Shown: positions 23,945 to 35,900 of the stretch, one piece after another
How positions within the stretch are numbered: the stretch's first letter is position 1
Layout of the letters: each line of letters begins with the position of its first letter
Assembly: GCA_002633005.1 (NCBI GenBank)
Contig: NMRA01000359.1
Location: 124,001-188,000, forward strand
Direction of reading: 5' to 3'
Origin: Phoronis australis
Taxonomy: Eukaryota > Animalia > Phoronida
DNA length: 64,000 nucleotides
Made by a program: the position numbers and the translations under genes
The notes under the pieces: generated by a model
Told to the model about the DNA's origin: nothing
The model's database searches: none
Seen by the model: only the letters and a program-made list of their open reading frames with translations

Positions 23945-26900
23945 CTAGGCGTTTGAATATTCTACAGAGTCCTCAGAGGGTTTGTCCGGTGCAGTGGTCA
24001 CTTCTGGAGATTTCTCCTCGCCATCAGACGAGGACTTGGAAGATCTGCTGCCAGCACTGCCTCTTCTTTTCTCCTGCTCTTCATCCTTTTTTTCCTCGGA
24101 CTCCTCTTTGGCCGGGGTAGCTTTTTCAGGCGAGGACTCTGATTTCTTCTTGAATAACCTCGTTTTTGATTTTTTTGGTTTATCTAACCCCTCTTCGCTC
24201 TGGTATCCTTCATTTTCCTTTGCAGTTTCATCATTAGTTGATGCAGGTGCCTTCTTGGAACCGAAAAACTTAAGTGGTCCCAAGCCGAGTTTCTTCGACT
24301 TCTTTGGCGATACGTCCTCTTCTCCTGCCGTATCTGCAGTTGCGTAACGATACGATTTTGCCTGTTGAGTTTGAACTTTCTCCTCGGTCGGCTTGTCGGC
24401 GGTTGCATACCGATAGGACATCGCTGGTGGTCCTTGCTTAGTGGCCTCCGTTTTATCAAGAGGAACCTCCTCGAAGCCATCGTTGTCTTTTGCTGGAGGA
24501 GCTTTTTCAGGGTCGGAACTGCAAGAAGTTGATGGTAGAACAATGGTTCAAATTTGAAACAAGGCCATGCTTGCGCTTTGAGTCTGATTTTAAGTGACAA
24601 CGATCTTTCGGAGCGTCCCACGTCCAGGAAGCATCTCTCACATGAGCTGGGAGCTTAGTGGCTAATACCAGTATTGTAAGGCAAGTGCCATAATATTGAG
24701 GGAAGGCAGCCATAACTGCATTAACGGTTTAACGCTACGACTGTTTACACAAACATTTATGCAGTAAATTGACTGACAAAATGTGTGCCGTTGACGGAAT
24801 TACAAAGATGTCATGTTCTTGTTTGAGTTTGTGCACTGATCACTGCTCCATTTAGTCCACCGTCGCTGCATCGGCATTAATACAAACATTAAAAATGAAA
24901 ATCTATGTGTCGCTAAACGCGTTACCTTCCTGCTTGCTTTTGCTGCGTCTGGCGTTTCCTAATAACGAAGATGTACACTAAGACTACAGCTATGACTGCT
25001 AGTATTAAGATGACCCCGATGGCTATCCCAGCTTGCTGGCCGCCCGTGAGTCCACCGCTGCTCGCCTCAGTCTCTGGCGTGGTGGCTGCAAAACAACAAT
25101 GCAACTTAGGAACTCGTACAGCGGAGCACTTTACTTGCTTATACACACGTATAACATAGGCGGATCCAGTGGGGGTCGAGGGGGTACGGACCCGCCCCCC
25201 CCCCCTTTTTTTCCCTTGGTTTTAGTAATATCAAATCTAGAATTTTCAAATTGTTGATTTGCATGCCCTTTTTTAAAATCCTTGATTCGACCCCTTTTTT
25301 AAGAAATCCTGGGTCCGCCCCTGTATAGGATGTCTTATGATGGTAATTTACACAGCTTCTAGCATCGATTGGAGGGCCGGCATTTGATATAACACAGTGG
25401 AAAGACGTGCGACTGAGATCTGACTTCATTAACTTTTTACAGACAGCGAAAATCGCCTGCGTGGGTATCCCTGAGCATAGGAATTTTGGGATACAAGACA
25501 TCCGCTAATTCAGAATCCAAGTAGTGTCACTTAGAGTGATACCCTGCTCGGTAGAGTTAGAAGTGGAGCATATGCTTCATTTTACTCGTGTCTATGAGAA
25601 ACTGAAATTCTTGTTACTTGCAGCTGGAGATCTGACCGCTTTCTCTCAATCATTTGTTTAAAGACCCCTCCCTCTCTCTCTATCTTTCTATCTCTTCCCC
25701 TCTCTCTTCGTAAAAAGTTAGTTGTTTTGTTTTATGATAAATTTTCACTGTAGAATTAGCATCTCAAAGTCAATTCATACCACATCAAGCGAACTAAGAT
25801 AAAGACACGTACAATCGCCTCCGACACTTTACCGGGGGTCGCTACAGCAGACAAATGTGGTTATAGCACTGACGTTTATTTAAAATATTTTTGTTTTAAT
25901 AATGTTCGCACGAGATTAGATCATGTCATCCATGCTGTTATTTCCTCTATTATGTAGTGCAAAATGCTCCTGGACAAAATAATCCCTGTGACCACGGAAC
26001 TAACAAGAATGATATTCATAACCAACTCCCTGGTTATTGGTAAACAAGTGATAATGCTCGCTGCAGAGACGAGGTCAAGGAAAACTGCTGACCCAGAGAA
26101 CTTGAAACTCCTTGACGGTGTTTTATTGCGCTCTTCATCCTGTGCACTTTTGTTCCATTGAATTAGTGCAACACATCATTATTCGAGTTTATTTATGAAA
26201 AACAGGTTGGCGTGTGGCGCAATTGGAGACAATTCGAACACATTCTTTTAGGACTTTAAAAGCCGTTTTAACTTAAAACTAAACAATTCGCATATAGGTG
26301 AAATACGGGATAGAAAATAACTCTGAAATAGCCGGTGTTCACCGAGGTATGCTGAATTGATTCGAATGGCCAAAATTCGAAAAGCACTGATAATGAGGTT
26401 TCGGAATTGAGTTATTTTAGGCCTATACTTTATTTTAATATTGAATTGTGCAGGCCACGGTCTGGTGACCAAACAAGTTTTTCTTTCAAAATCCGTACTG
26501 CATATCTTTGCAAGAGTTAATTAGGATTATCAGGAGTGACACATTGTTCTTTGCACGATGAACGACGTCACTCTCGCTGATTTTTCCATACTGTTGGAGG
26601 TTTGCGCGCATGCGTTATACCACTGTGACCATCGTTGTCAGGGATTAATGTCCCATTGGTTAAACGGATAACAATTCGAACACAGTCAGAAGGTCAAATT
26701 TCATGACCGTCTAGCCACCTATGTAATCTATGACCCAGATCATGTGCCGTTCCGTTTGACAATGTTTAAACAGGATCATCGACAAAGTACACAACTCTGT
26801 ATTTGATGGGTAACGACAATAACGAATATCACCTATGCTTAGGTGTATGTAAATTTGCACGAAGCAAGATCCGTGCAGGGCTGCTCCAACTGCGTACGCA

Positions 26901-29900
26901 AGAGAATTCGTGTGTGTGTTTTAATATTTCTAGCTTTGTCATTCATGTGAAGCAAAAGCAAACGAAAACTGACAAACGTGAATTAAGTTTTATCTCTTAC
27001 GAAGACGATGATATAGCCCCAAGAGGCTTCCCCGACTATGTGGAAAATTTTGGCTTTTACTGTTTCAAGCTGAGTGGCCGAGTAAATTAACTTTATGTTT
27101 TTCATCATTAATGTTAAAATATTAGTTATCATTATCGTTGGTTTTGAGTAAGGAGTCCATACAAAAACTGAACTATACTCACGTCCTTTTCAAGTCCAGT
27201 GTGAGGGAGTTGTCACGTCTATGAATTGTTAAGGGGGCATTTTGCCGCTGTTAACTGTCATTGTTGAATTTTTTAACTGGTACGCTTCAGTGGGGTTCAA
27301 ATATGCTCATTACCAAGCTCGGATCTCGAATTGCTACCGAATGAGCCAGAATGATCGCGATTTCTTGGGTCCCTGATGGTTCCGCTTGTCGATAACGGAA
27401 ATAAATTAAATACTACCATCAGTGGTAACGAATATTATGTGATCGATTTGATGACAGTAAAAGCTGTAATTCGATTTTCGTTCTTTGGCCAGTTAAACCC
27501 CGCAAAATGCAGCTTTGATAAATCAGATGAATATTCGTCATAACATGTATGAGTCACAGAGCATCTTTACAGTTTCCTGGCCTCGCTAGTCAAAACTAAG
27601 CAGTAGCAACGTTTTTGACCCAGTCGCAATTTGTTACAAAACAGCCGCTGCATCAGTTGCGTGAATAATGTCAACCCGTAATATTGAGTGGATTTCAGGA
27701 TCTGATGACCTGAATGAAGCTAGTCGGAGAACAGCTTTTCTGAAATGCGGGTGCGGATACACGCTATGCACGTTAGACATTACAAAGACAAAAATAAAAC
27801 TATTTGCCGAGTGAAAGAATATAAATCGGGTTCACACTTGAAAAATGCAGTCGAGAATATCATAAGCAGTGTCCGATCACATCATATACCAAATTATTAT
27901 AATGAAAAGTTTTTGAAACATCTCAAATAACGGTTATATCACACAACTGATACCCACGAGAATGTACAGTACGCAATGAATGAGACCGAATCGATTGGCA
28001 CGCCTACATTGCATGCCAAATTAGCTATTACTGTCAAGCCAAAGAACGCTCATAAATTAGCTAAGAGTGGTTAAAGATCAGATCTACACCTACTTGTAAG
28101 CCTGTCACTCATCACTCCCCTCGCTCTCCACCTTACTTAGTATCTATATATGTGCCGCGTACTATCTAAACGGTAGCGTGTAACCAGGTGTGAGTTTGTC
28201 TAATCGATAAAACAACGAGGTCAAACGCCACAGCGTCGGTAAGCCATTGTGGCGAGACAAAAAATAACAATATACCTTGTGCTTTCTCGGAGACCCATGC
28301 AAACGTGAGCTATACTTTCATTTCTGTTTGTACAATACGCGTATGCTGCAGTGAAGGACGGCTTGTAAGATCAAGCACGCTGTGAACTTCAGAGACGGAA
28401 CTCCGCCTTATTCTCAGGTCATATCAAATTCGATCACCAGATAGGATTAGAAGTTAACAATGCCATGAGGATAAAAAAGAGACACTTTCAGAAACGGCAA
28501 GAGGTACCGGCATTGAGTTATCGACAAAGTAGACAGATAATATAACTTGCAGCGACATGTCCTTTAGTTTCCTCGACAGATTTTATTTGCATAGGCTACC
28601 AATCCGCGTTCCGCAAATGAAAAATTGAAAAATTTCTCTCATTGTCTTCCGTTGAGAAGGAGCTTTTTGTCTTGCAAGGAATGGCGACTCGTTATTAGTT
28701 GAGACCATGCCCGGCTCATGAAATGACCCGTTTCCTAGACGCAACTACGCTCGCGAAAACGAAAGATGACGAATTCTTCGCCAGATATCGCCATACATTA
28801 CAAGCCCATGATCACCTAAGTTAACCTTAACCTATTGGCTAGATTCTTGCGCTGATTGAACTCAGCCATGGTCTCCAGCAGTGGCAAACTGACAGTTCTT
28901 TCCAAGCTCGACTAAGGAGCAGTTTAACTTGAGACCAATCTCATATATGTAGCTGTAACGTCCCAAAGCTGGAGATAGTTTTGGTGACGGAAAAGTCAAT
29001 AGCCCCTTTCGGCTCTGCAAGAAAAGATCTCTATGAAGTACATTGTATACTCCTTCCTTTTGTTTTTACCAACTTAAAACACACAGTGTGTCTCATCAGT
29101 CAAAAGATGCCAGTCGGCTTGGAATATATGTTTTTTGCAACTAACAGACCTCGTTAAGTTCAATTTATGTATACTACGGGTTTTTGTCATCATAATTTTT
29201 CAAATTCATTAAGAGTGCTCAGTTTATTTTGAACAGAAGTTCATGTCGTGTAAAAAGAAAACAACATTCGGGATTAACTCTGGACTAGACTTGTTTGCAT
29301 TGAAACTCGATTGTTTTACTAAATTTAAATGCAATGAATAATTTACCTCTGGTATTTTAAAAAGGGATGTTATCATTTTTACGGCCGAAAAACATTCGGG
29401 GATTATTGTTGGAAGGGATAACTTCATGACGTTAACTTTGAACAGAGCAATGAAAGAACAAAATCCGTTGTAATTTTGTGGCTTTATTACAAATCGACAA
29501 TTCTCGCCGTTGCGGCCCGGCTAGACATTAGTTGAAATCAAACCGTGTGTCTTCACTCATTAAATATGCTTACAACATTCAGTATGGAATTCCATAGTAT
29601 GGACTTCCAAGACTTTCAATGTATGAAGCGCCAAAGGGTTCTTAAACGAGTAATTTTTGCGCTTTGAAATGTGCTTAAACGCGTACTGTTGCTTAATCTA
29701 CGAGACTGTACTTTTGCTTAATTTACGTGTACTTTTGCTTAATCTACGTGCGTAATTTTGCTTAATCTATGTGTATTTTTACTTAATTTACTCGTGCTTT
29801 TGCTTAATCTTTGCGTAGTTTCAAGCTACGCGTACTATTACTTAATCTACGCGTACTTTTAGTTCTTAAACAATCATTGTTCTGCTCTAAACAACTAATT

Positions 29901-32900
29901 TGAGAGCACGGGCGTGATTGGACTATATGAACTGATTAAAAGTACGCCTAGGTTAAGCCAAACTACGCGTTCATTAAGCAGATTTCAACACGCAAGAAGT
30001 TACTCGTTTAAGAACCCTTTGGCGCTTCATAATCTATCACTGCTTGTATTAAATGACGCGTTAATTCGGTTTATGGTATTCATTTTTAGTTTGTAAATAC
30101 GACCGATTGGTCATTCCATTTATGTGTGAACTCAAATTCTGGCAGGAGTGGTGGAATCCGTTACTTATTGCTGTTTTGCGGCGGCGCAGCACTGAAAAAA
30201 GTGGGGGGAGGGGGCTAACCCCCCCCCTCAGCCCCCTATGGTGCGCCGCCCATGTCATAGCCTGACTTATTACAGTCGGGCAGTAGTTGATACATGCAAC
30301 GTTATGGACTCAGATAAGACCAATGTGGTTGAGTGGGATCGAGCGGTCGGTGGTGAGATCGCTCAGTTTCAGAGATGAAACACCACACAGGGCTATATAA
30401 TCTGCACAATGCGCGTACCCAGGCTGAAAAATGGGGGGGTTCGAATTTTGGAGAATATGAGCCTTTTATTAAGATTCACGGGTACCTTTAGAGCTATGAA
30501 CTGTGCATTCGCGGAATTTTGGTAATTCCTGGTTTTTTAGTGGACTTTTGTCTCGTTTTCTACTTTTTTCAGAGGTTTTGTTTCTCTGAGGCGGACCTCT
30601 TTGACCGCTTCGCCTGATGAGGGGTTCGTTCGAGCCTCGCGTGCTCCCCTGGGTACGCGCAAGATCTGATAATTCAACCTCTTTGGCATTCCTTTTTGGG
30701 CCAATCGTGGAAATCTGATGCCCTGACAATATTCAATTAACATATGGGATGAACTCAGCATCCACCTGTCATTACGTCAGTTTATTAGCTATCGTTGATT
30801 TGACCGAGTTATTGGATTTCGAGTTAAGAGATTGGTCTGCGCCACTACCTGTGGGATAAATGCACTGTAGCAACGAGTAACAGCGAAACCGAACATCACG
30901 TGACCTCAACAATTTAGCGGATCACGGGAATTTCAATAAATTACCGTAAGTTTAACCAAGGTTAGACAAGAAACACCCTAAACACCTCTACAGAGAGAAT
31001 TAATGAATTGTTTAAATACATACATAAACAAGCTTTTAAAACTGCGTTGACATATAAAATCCTTGCGCACTAACAAATGAATGTCTTGGAATTTCATAAT
31101 TCTGCATTCCAATACAATTTGCGTTCAGCTATGGAATTCCAAGCCTATCAGTTGTTAGCGCGTTCGGGTTTTACTCGTTAGCGCGTCAGGCGAAGGATTT
31201 CTGTGCCCATGAACATTCACATTCACCAGTAGTCAACGGGTTGATTATCAAAACGTGTACAGCAATAAACACTACCACTTGACCCTTCCATTTATGCGCC
31301 GTGAATTTGATTCAACAGATTTTAGCAGACCATGCGCTCACCCACGAGTCTTCCAAATTTGGCGAACTAGACAAAAAGGTCCGCCTTAGAAAAACGAAAA
31401 CTCCGAAATAAAGTAGAAAACGAGACAAAAGTCCACTAAAAAGCAGGAACTGCCAAACGTCGACGAATGCACAATTCATGGCTCTGAACGCACCCCGTGA
31501 AACTTAGTAAAAGGTCCACATTCTCAAAAAAAATCCAGCCCCCCTCCCAATTTTTAAGACTGGCTGCGCGCATGCAGACGTTATCAGAATCCGCTTCTCA
31601 TTGCTGTCTTGCTGACACTGTAGGATGGGAATTGGTCCTAGAGAGAACCGTGACAGAATTTATGGCACTGACCTGTTGGTGATGTGTTTGTTACGAATTC
31701 CCTTTTGTAGGCCAATCATGGAAGTCTGATGCTCGAAAAAATATCCAGTACTAACAGGGATTAACTCAGAATTGCCATATCATTACGACAGTTTGTAAGT
31801 TCACTACTGTTGATTTGACCGGGTTGTTGGAATTCAAAATTAGTGACTGATTTGGATTATTGCATCTAGCATAATTATATTAATAACGGTGAAGTACCGC
31901 ATGTAGGGCATCAAAATTCCTGTCTGATAAATCATAAGTTTTGAATAGCAGCATTGTGACATACCAGAAAAACGGCACATAATATAACACATCTAGTACC
32001 AAGCAAATTATCGTGTTGTATAATACCTGTGAATAATTTCATTACAGTCCTAGATAATGGGTGCTGGCATAGATCAACACGCTTACGTGTATACGGGCAC
32101 CCCTACGCGTTAACAACTGGTAGATTTGGAATATCATATTCAACTGCTACTGGTGGGCACGATGCCGCGCTGTAGCAATTACTTTTCTCGCCAAGAACGT
32201 CCCTTTAACTGAACGTTAAGTAGGAAATAACATTGATCACTGGCTTGTACATGTATCGCTGAAGTCAGACAAAGTACTAACTCTCAACATAGGATTGCTG
32301 GCGAAAATGACACCTTCAGTTTGCGAACAGATCGTTTCGTGTTTCGTCAGTGAAACTGTTATAGCGCTTCGCTTCTCGCGGACCTGTAACAACTGCCCAA
32401 AACGATAGTCTTTTCGCTACCATTTTCACTTGTAGCAAAAGCACCCATTAATGCAGACGGTTACGAGAGTCACTTTTGACTTTTGCACTGAGGCGATTTA
32501 AGTTACTTCAAAACAGATGAGGTTTTCGCTAGCACTTTTGCAGCCAGACCGCTTACTTCAAGGGTCACGCGTGTGCAGGGTAAAGAGCCCTTTGTTTCAT
32601 TGTTGTCATGGCAGAGTGAACGTGCTTTGACATCAATTTTCGGGTGGTTATGAGATAACTGACAACTAAAATGACCCCTACGTGAACAGCTCGCCTGTTT
32701 GTCTAAACGCAAGCGTTTTTGCTAGTTGCCAGTGAAAGTGCGTTTTTGGTAATTATGAGAATCAAGAATAATTTAGCTTTGTCTACACATTTCAATTGCC
32801 CTATACGTTTTGATTTACGAAGACGTATACGACATTCGGACTTCGTGGATAATGGTTCAGTATGGGAATTCTGCTTAGTGCGTCGAACGAAACTGGAGTG

Positions 32901-35900
32901 AAACTGGTCGTGTTCCCTCTGAAGCGAAAAATCTAATAAACTTTTGAACGGGGCTTATTTTTTTCATTTCTGTGTCCACTTACCGAGTTTGCAGTCAGCC
33001 GTCACTTTCCTATTCCAGCTGACACGTCCGTCCGCGTCTTTTATACATTGATACTCTGTGTCGCCCGACAGAACGTAACCTTGTTCACATCCGGTTATTT
33101 TCACTTTGGCTCCGACAAAGTTATTGTAACTGTCTTTTTTGGCATGTCTCACTTGTAAAGCGCCACAAGATTGATCTGCAAAGGATTTGTTTCCGCATAA
33201 GGCATATTATTTTATTTTTCTAAAGCACTATATGTCCATCTTTGTGTTGGCGGCCTCTAACTTAGGAAAAATAAACTGTTCACGATCGAGTGAAAATATT
33301 TTAACCCAAGAGTTATACGTTACGTTGGTGACATACACGTAATTCCTCATATAGTCCGTATACTAAGACGAATGAAAAAAATATATATGACTGAAACCAA
33401 GAGAAACTAATTAATTTACTAGATTTGATATTCGGACTTACACTCAGTCGTCATAACTGTCATCATGTTGCGGAATTGTTGAGCAGCATAGAGTGTAGTC
33501 TTGGCGACATCTTCATTTCCTGTTGCGCGGTAGTCAAATATGCATTCTTTGTTTCCGTGACACATCGCGTTAACTTCAGCCTCAGACATCGAGATGTTGG
33601 GATGCGGTGGCATGCCGAAATAGGGTTCGAAAGTCGTGTCGTTGAAGGTGTCATGGTTTTGACTGATTGTGTAGAAGAACTTCGACTCTGGCGATGTCAC
33701 TTGCCCTTTAAAAATTGTGTTAATTGTAAATACAAGAGTTCAGAATCACCAAAATCGTTGGAAATTAGATTTTAACAAGCCACGTTTAGCTGGAACGTCA
33801 CCGTTTCATACTACAAACACAACGTGCACTAGTACTAATGTAACGTGACACTTTATATTATTTTCATTGAACACTTACAGGTCATCCCAAAATGCTTGTA
33901 CAGGTATTCTGAGCTGGTATTCGAAATCAGTTGTCCATTTCTGGCTTTGAGATCGTTTGCTGCATCATCGTCCCACGAACCAAATAAACCTTCCGTCTCC
34001 GTCTAAACCAAAGGAAAAGTTATGACTTTTGTTTGATCCTTTTTTCTTTTCAGGATAATCTATACGCAAGAGTTGCATTGCGGTAGAAATCTGAGTTTAA
34101 ACTACAAAGTAGTGCAAGAGATTCAATTTAAGGCAATGTTTCGCTCAAGTGTGAGCTTGCAAGTGACAACAAGACTGCTTTGGAGTTGTTGCCTCTAATG
34201 TCATCGAGAAACGATGAATATGTTAGTTTTATTAATTGATGGCGTGGTTAAAACTGTTCACTTAAAGATGTTCGCTTTATTTCCAATAATTGGACACTTC
34301 ATAAATCGAGTTTTAACGAAAATCAAATTAAGCAAACTTAGAAAAATTGTGAGACAACTGTGAAGTACTCAACTTTACGTACCTTGAACCTTGGAGGTAC
34401 GACCACGAGTACTTGAAGAAACGAGTTCAATGCAATGACTTTCGCTCCGACGCCATTGTCGAATCTCACGGTAAAGTTATTTTGTCTTTCGTGTTTTCGA
34501 GTGAGCAAAACTGAGACGCCTACAATAAAATGAATGAATGGTAGACCAATTGTATGATGAAAATTAAAACGAATTCTTTTCAATCAACGAACAGACCTTA
34601 ATTCTAGTAATGATAAAGCCTTTTTGGAAATTTCTAACCTCTGAGTCTTGTCAAGACTTTTGATGATGTTTTACATTCAATTGAAATGTTCGTTGATCAG
34701 CAATAGAAACTTGTGCCTACTGTAGTGGCGGATCTAGAGGGGGGCCAAGGGGGTCACGTCCCCTCCTGACCCTCCTCTATTCTCCCAGATTCGTGGGTGT
34801 GAATGTCTGACGGGCACAATCTTGGCTAATACCCTGTCCTGCCCCCCCCTCCCCTAACTAAAAATCCTGGATCCGTCCCTGTACTGCTACTGCAACTTCT
34901 TACCACCAAATCGTCTTGCAGATCCACCGTTAAAGCCGCTTTCTGTTTTCCCGTTTCTGATGACCGAAATCATCTTACTCCAACGCATCGAAGCAGGATT
35001 CAATTTGAATTCTACAGTGTCGAATTCTTGAGATGGTGATGAGAAAACCACGGATGTCAGAGCGGTGGCACTTATGGAGACAGGTGCTAAATTAAAAAAA
35101 TAAATACGCTTTCAACTAAAAGACATTTAAGTATTGAATATTTCAGAGCTTCTGTAGCTCAGCATCCGCATGAATTTAGAATAAGGGCGTTAGATTTATA
35201 CAGGATAGTCAAATAAAAGTATTTGAATGGACGAAGGATATAAATGGTTCTGTAAAACGTAAATGGTAGTGACATGTTTGCAGAATTAATATTAAAGGAG
35301 AATGCCACCCAATTTAATTAGTCTTTTTGCCGTCTTAATCAGTCTATATCCACATCGCCTCGCATACGGTCGACCTTACCTTGCCACGAGGTGTCGCGTT
35401 AACCTGTGAGGAAGGTGAGAAACGACGCTAGCGACGTCAGTGNAGCTTGTTCACGGCGCCTCTCTAGTAATTCTTCATCACTGTATTCCTGTTCGAATTG
35501 ATAGCCTGTAAAACTTAACGATCCACCTGCGAAGTCGGGACTGATGAGCTCTAGCTCGTCCTAATTCGGGATTGCGAATTGCCATGTTGGTGTTTATTAC
35601 TGAGCGTTCTGTTTCAAAATGAATTATTCTCACCCTAACCAATACTTATATAAAACTGAAACAAAGTCTGTCTCATTAGATGCAATTTGTAATGCCTTTG
35701 GAGTGTTTGTGAGTACAAATAATTTGAGAAGCCAGATAAATCACTGCGTAAACGGCTTTGGGTCAATAAAACTAATTGATGAGACACCGAGGCCGTGTGA
35801 GCTCATGCTAATTTAGTGTTTGCTGGCAGAAACTGTTGTGAAACAACTCGATTGCCATCCCGCGGCCAGGTGTTAGGAGAATCTTTATTTAAATTTACAT

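Larger units (their letters stand above)
22121..25635. repeat. Near-identical ~1.76-kb tandem duplication (22121-23876 / 23878-25635) split by a single N; probable uncollapsed haplotypes
   Basis: Offset of 1757 across the exons, N at 23877 exactly at the junction, only scattered SNPs and small indels. Confidence 0.9.

Noticed and set aside
22225-24347. Plus-strand Ser/Phe-rich ORFs of 121 aa
   Set aside because: Antisense shadows of the Lys/Glu-rich Mesh-like terminal exon.
25920-26160. Open hydrophobic frame on the minus strand inside the sushi-TM intron
   Set aside because: No convincing flanking splice sites or homology, and the sushi and TM exons already join in phase.
29680-29860. Regularly spaced repeats resembling a CRISPR array
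   Set aside because: Contiguous degenerate units without unique spacers, inside a eukaryotic MITE; no cas genes.
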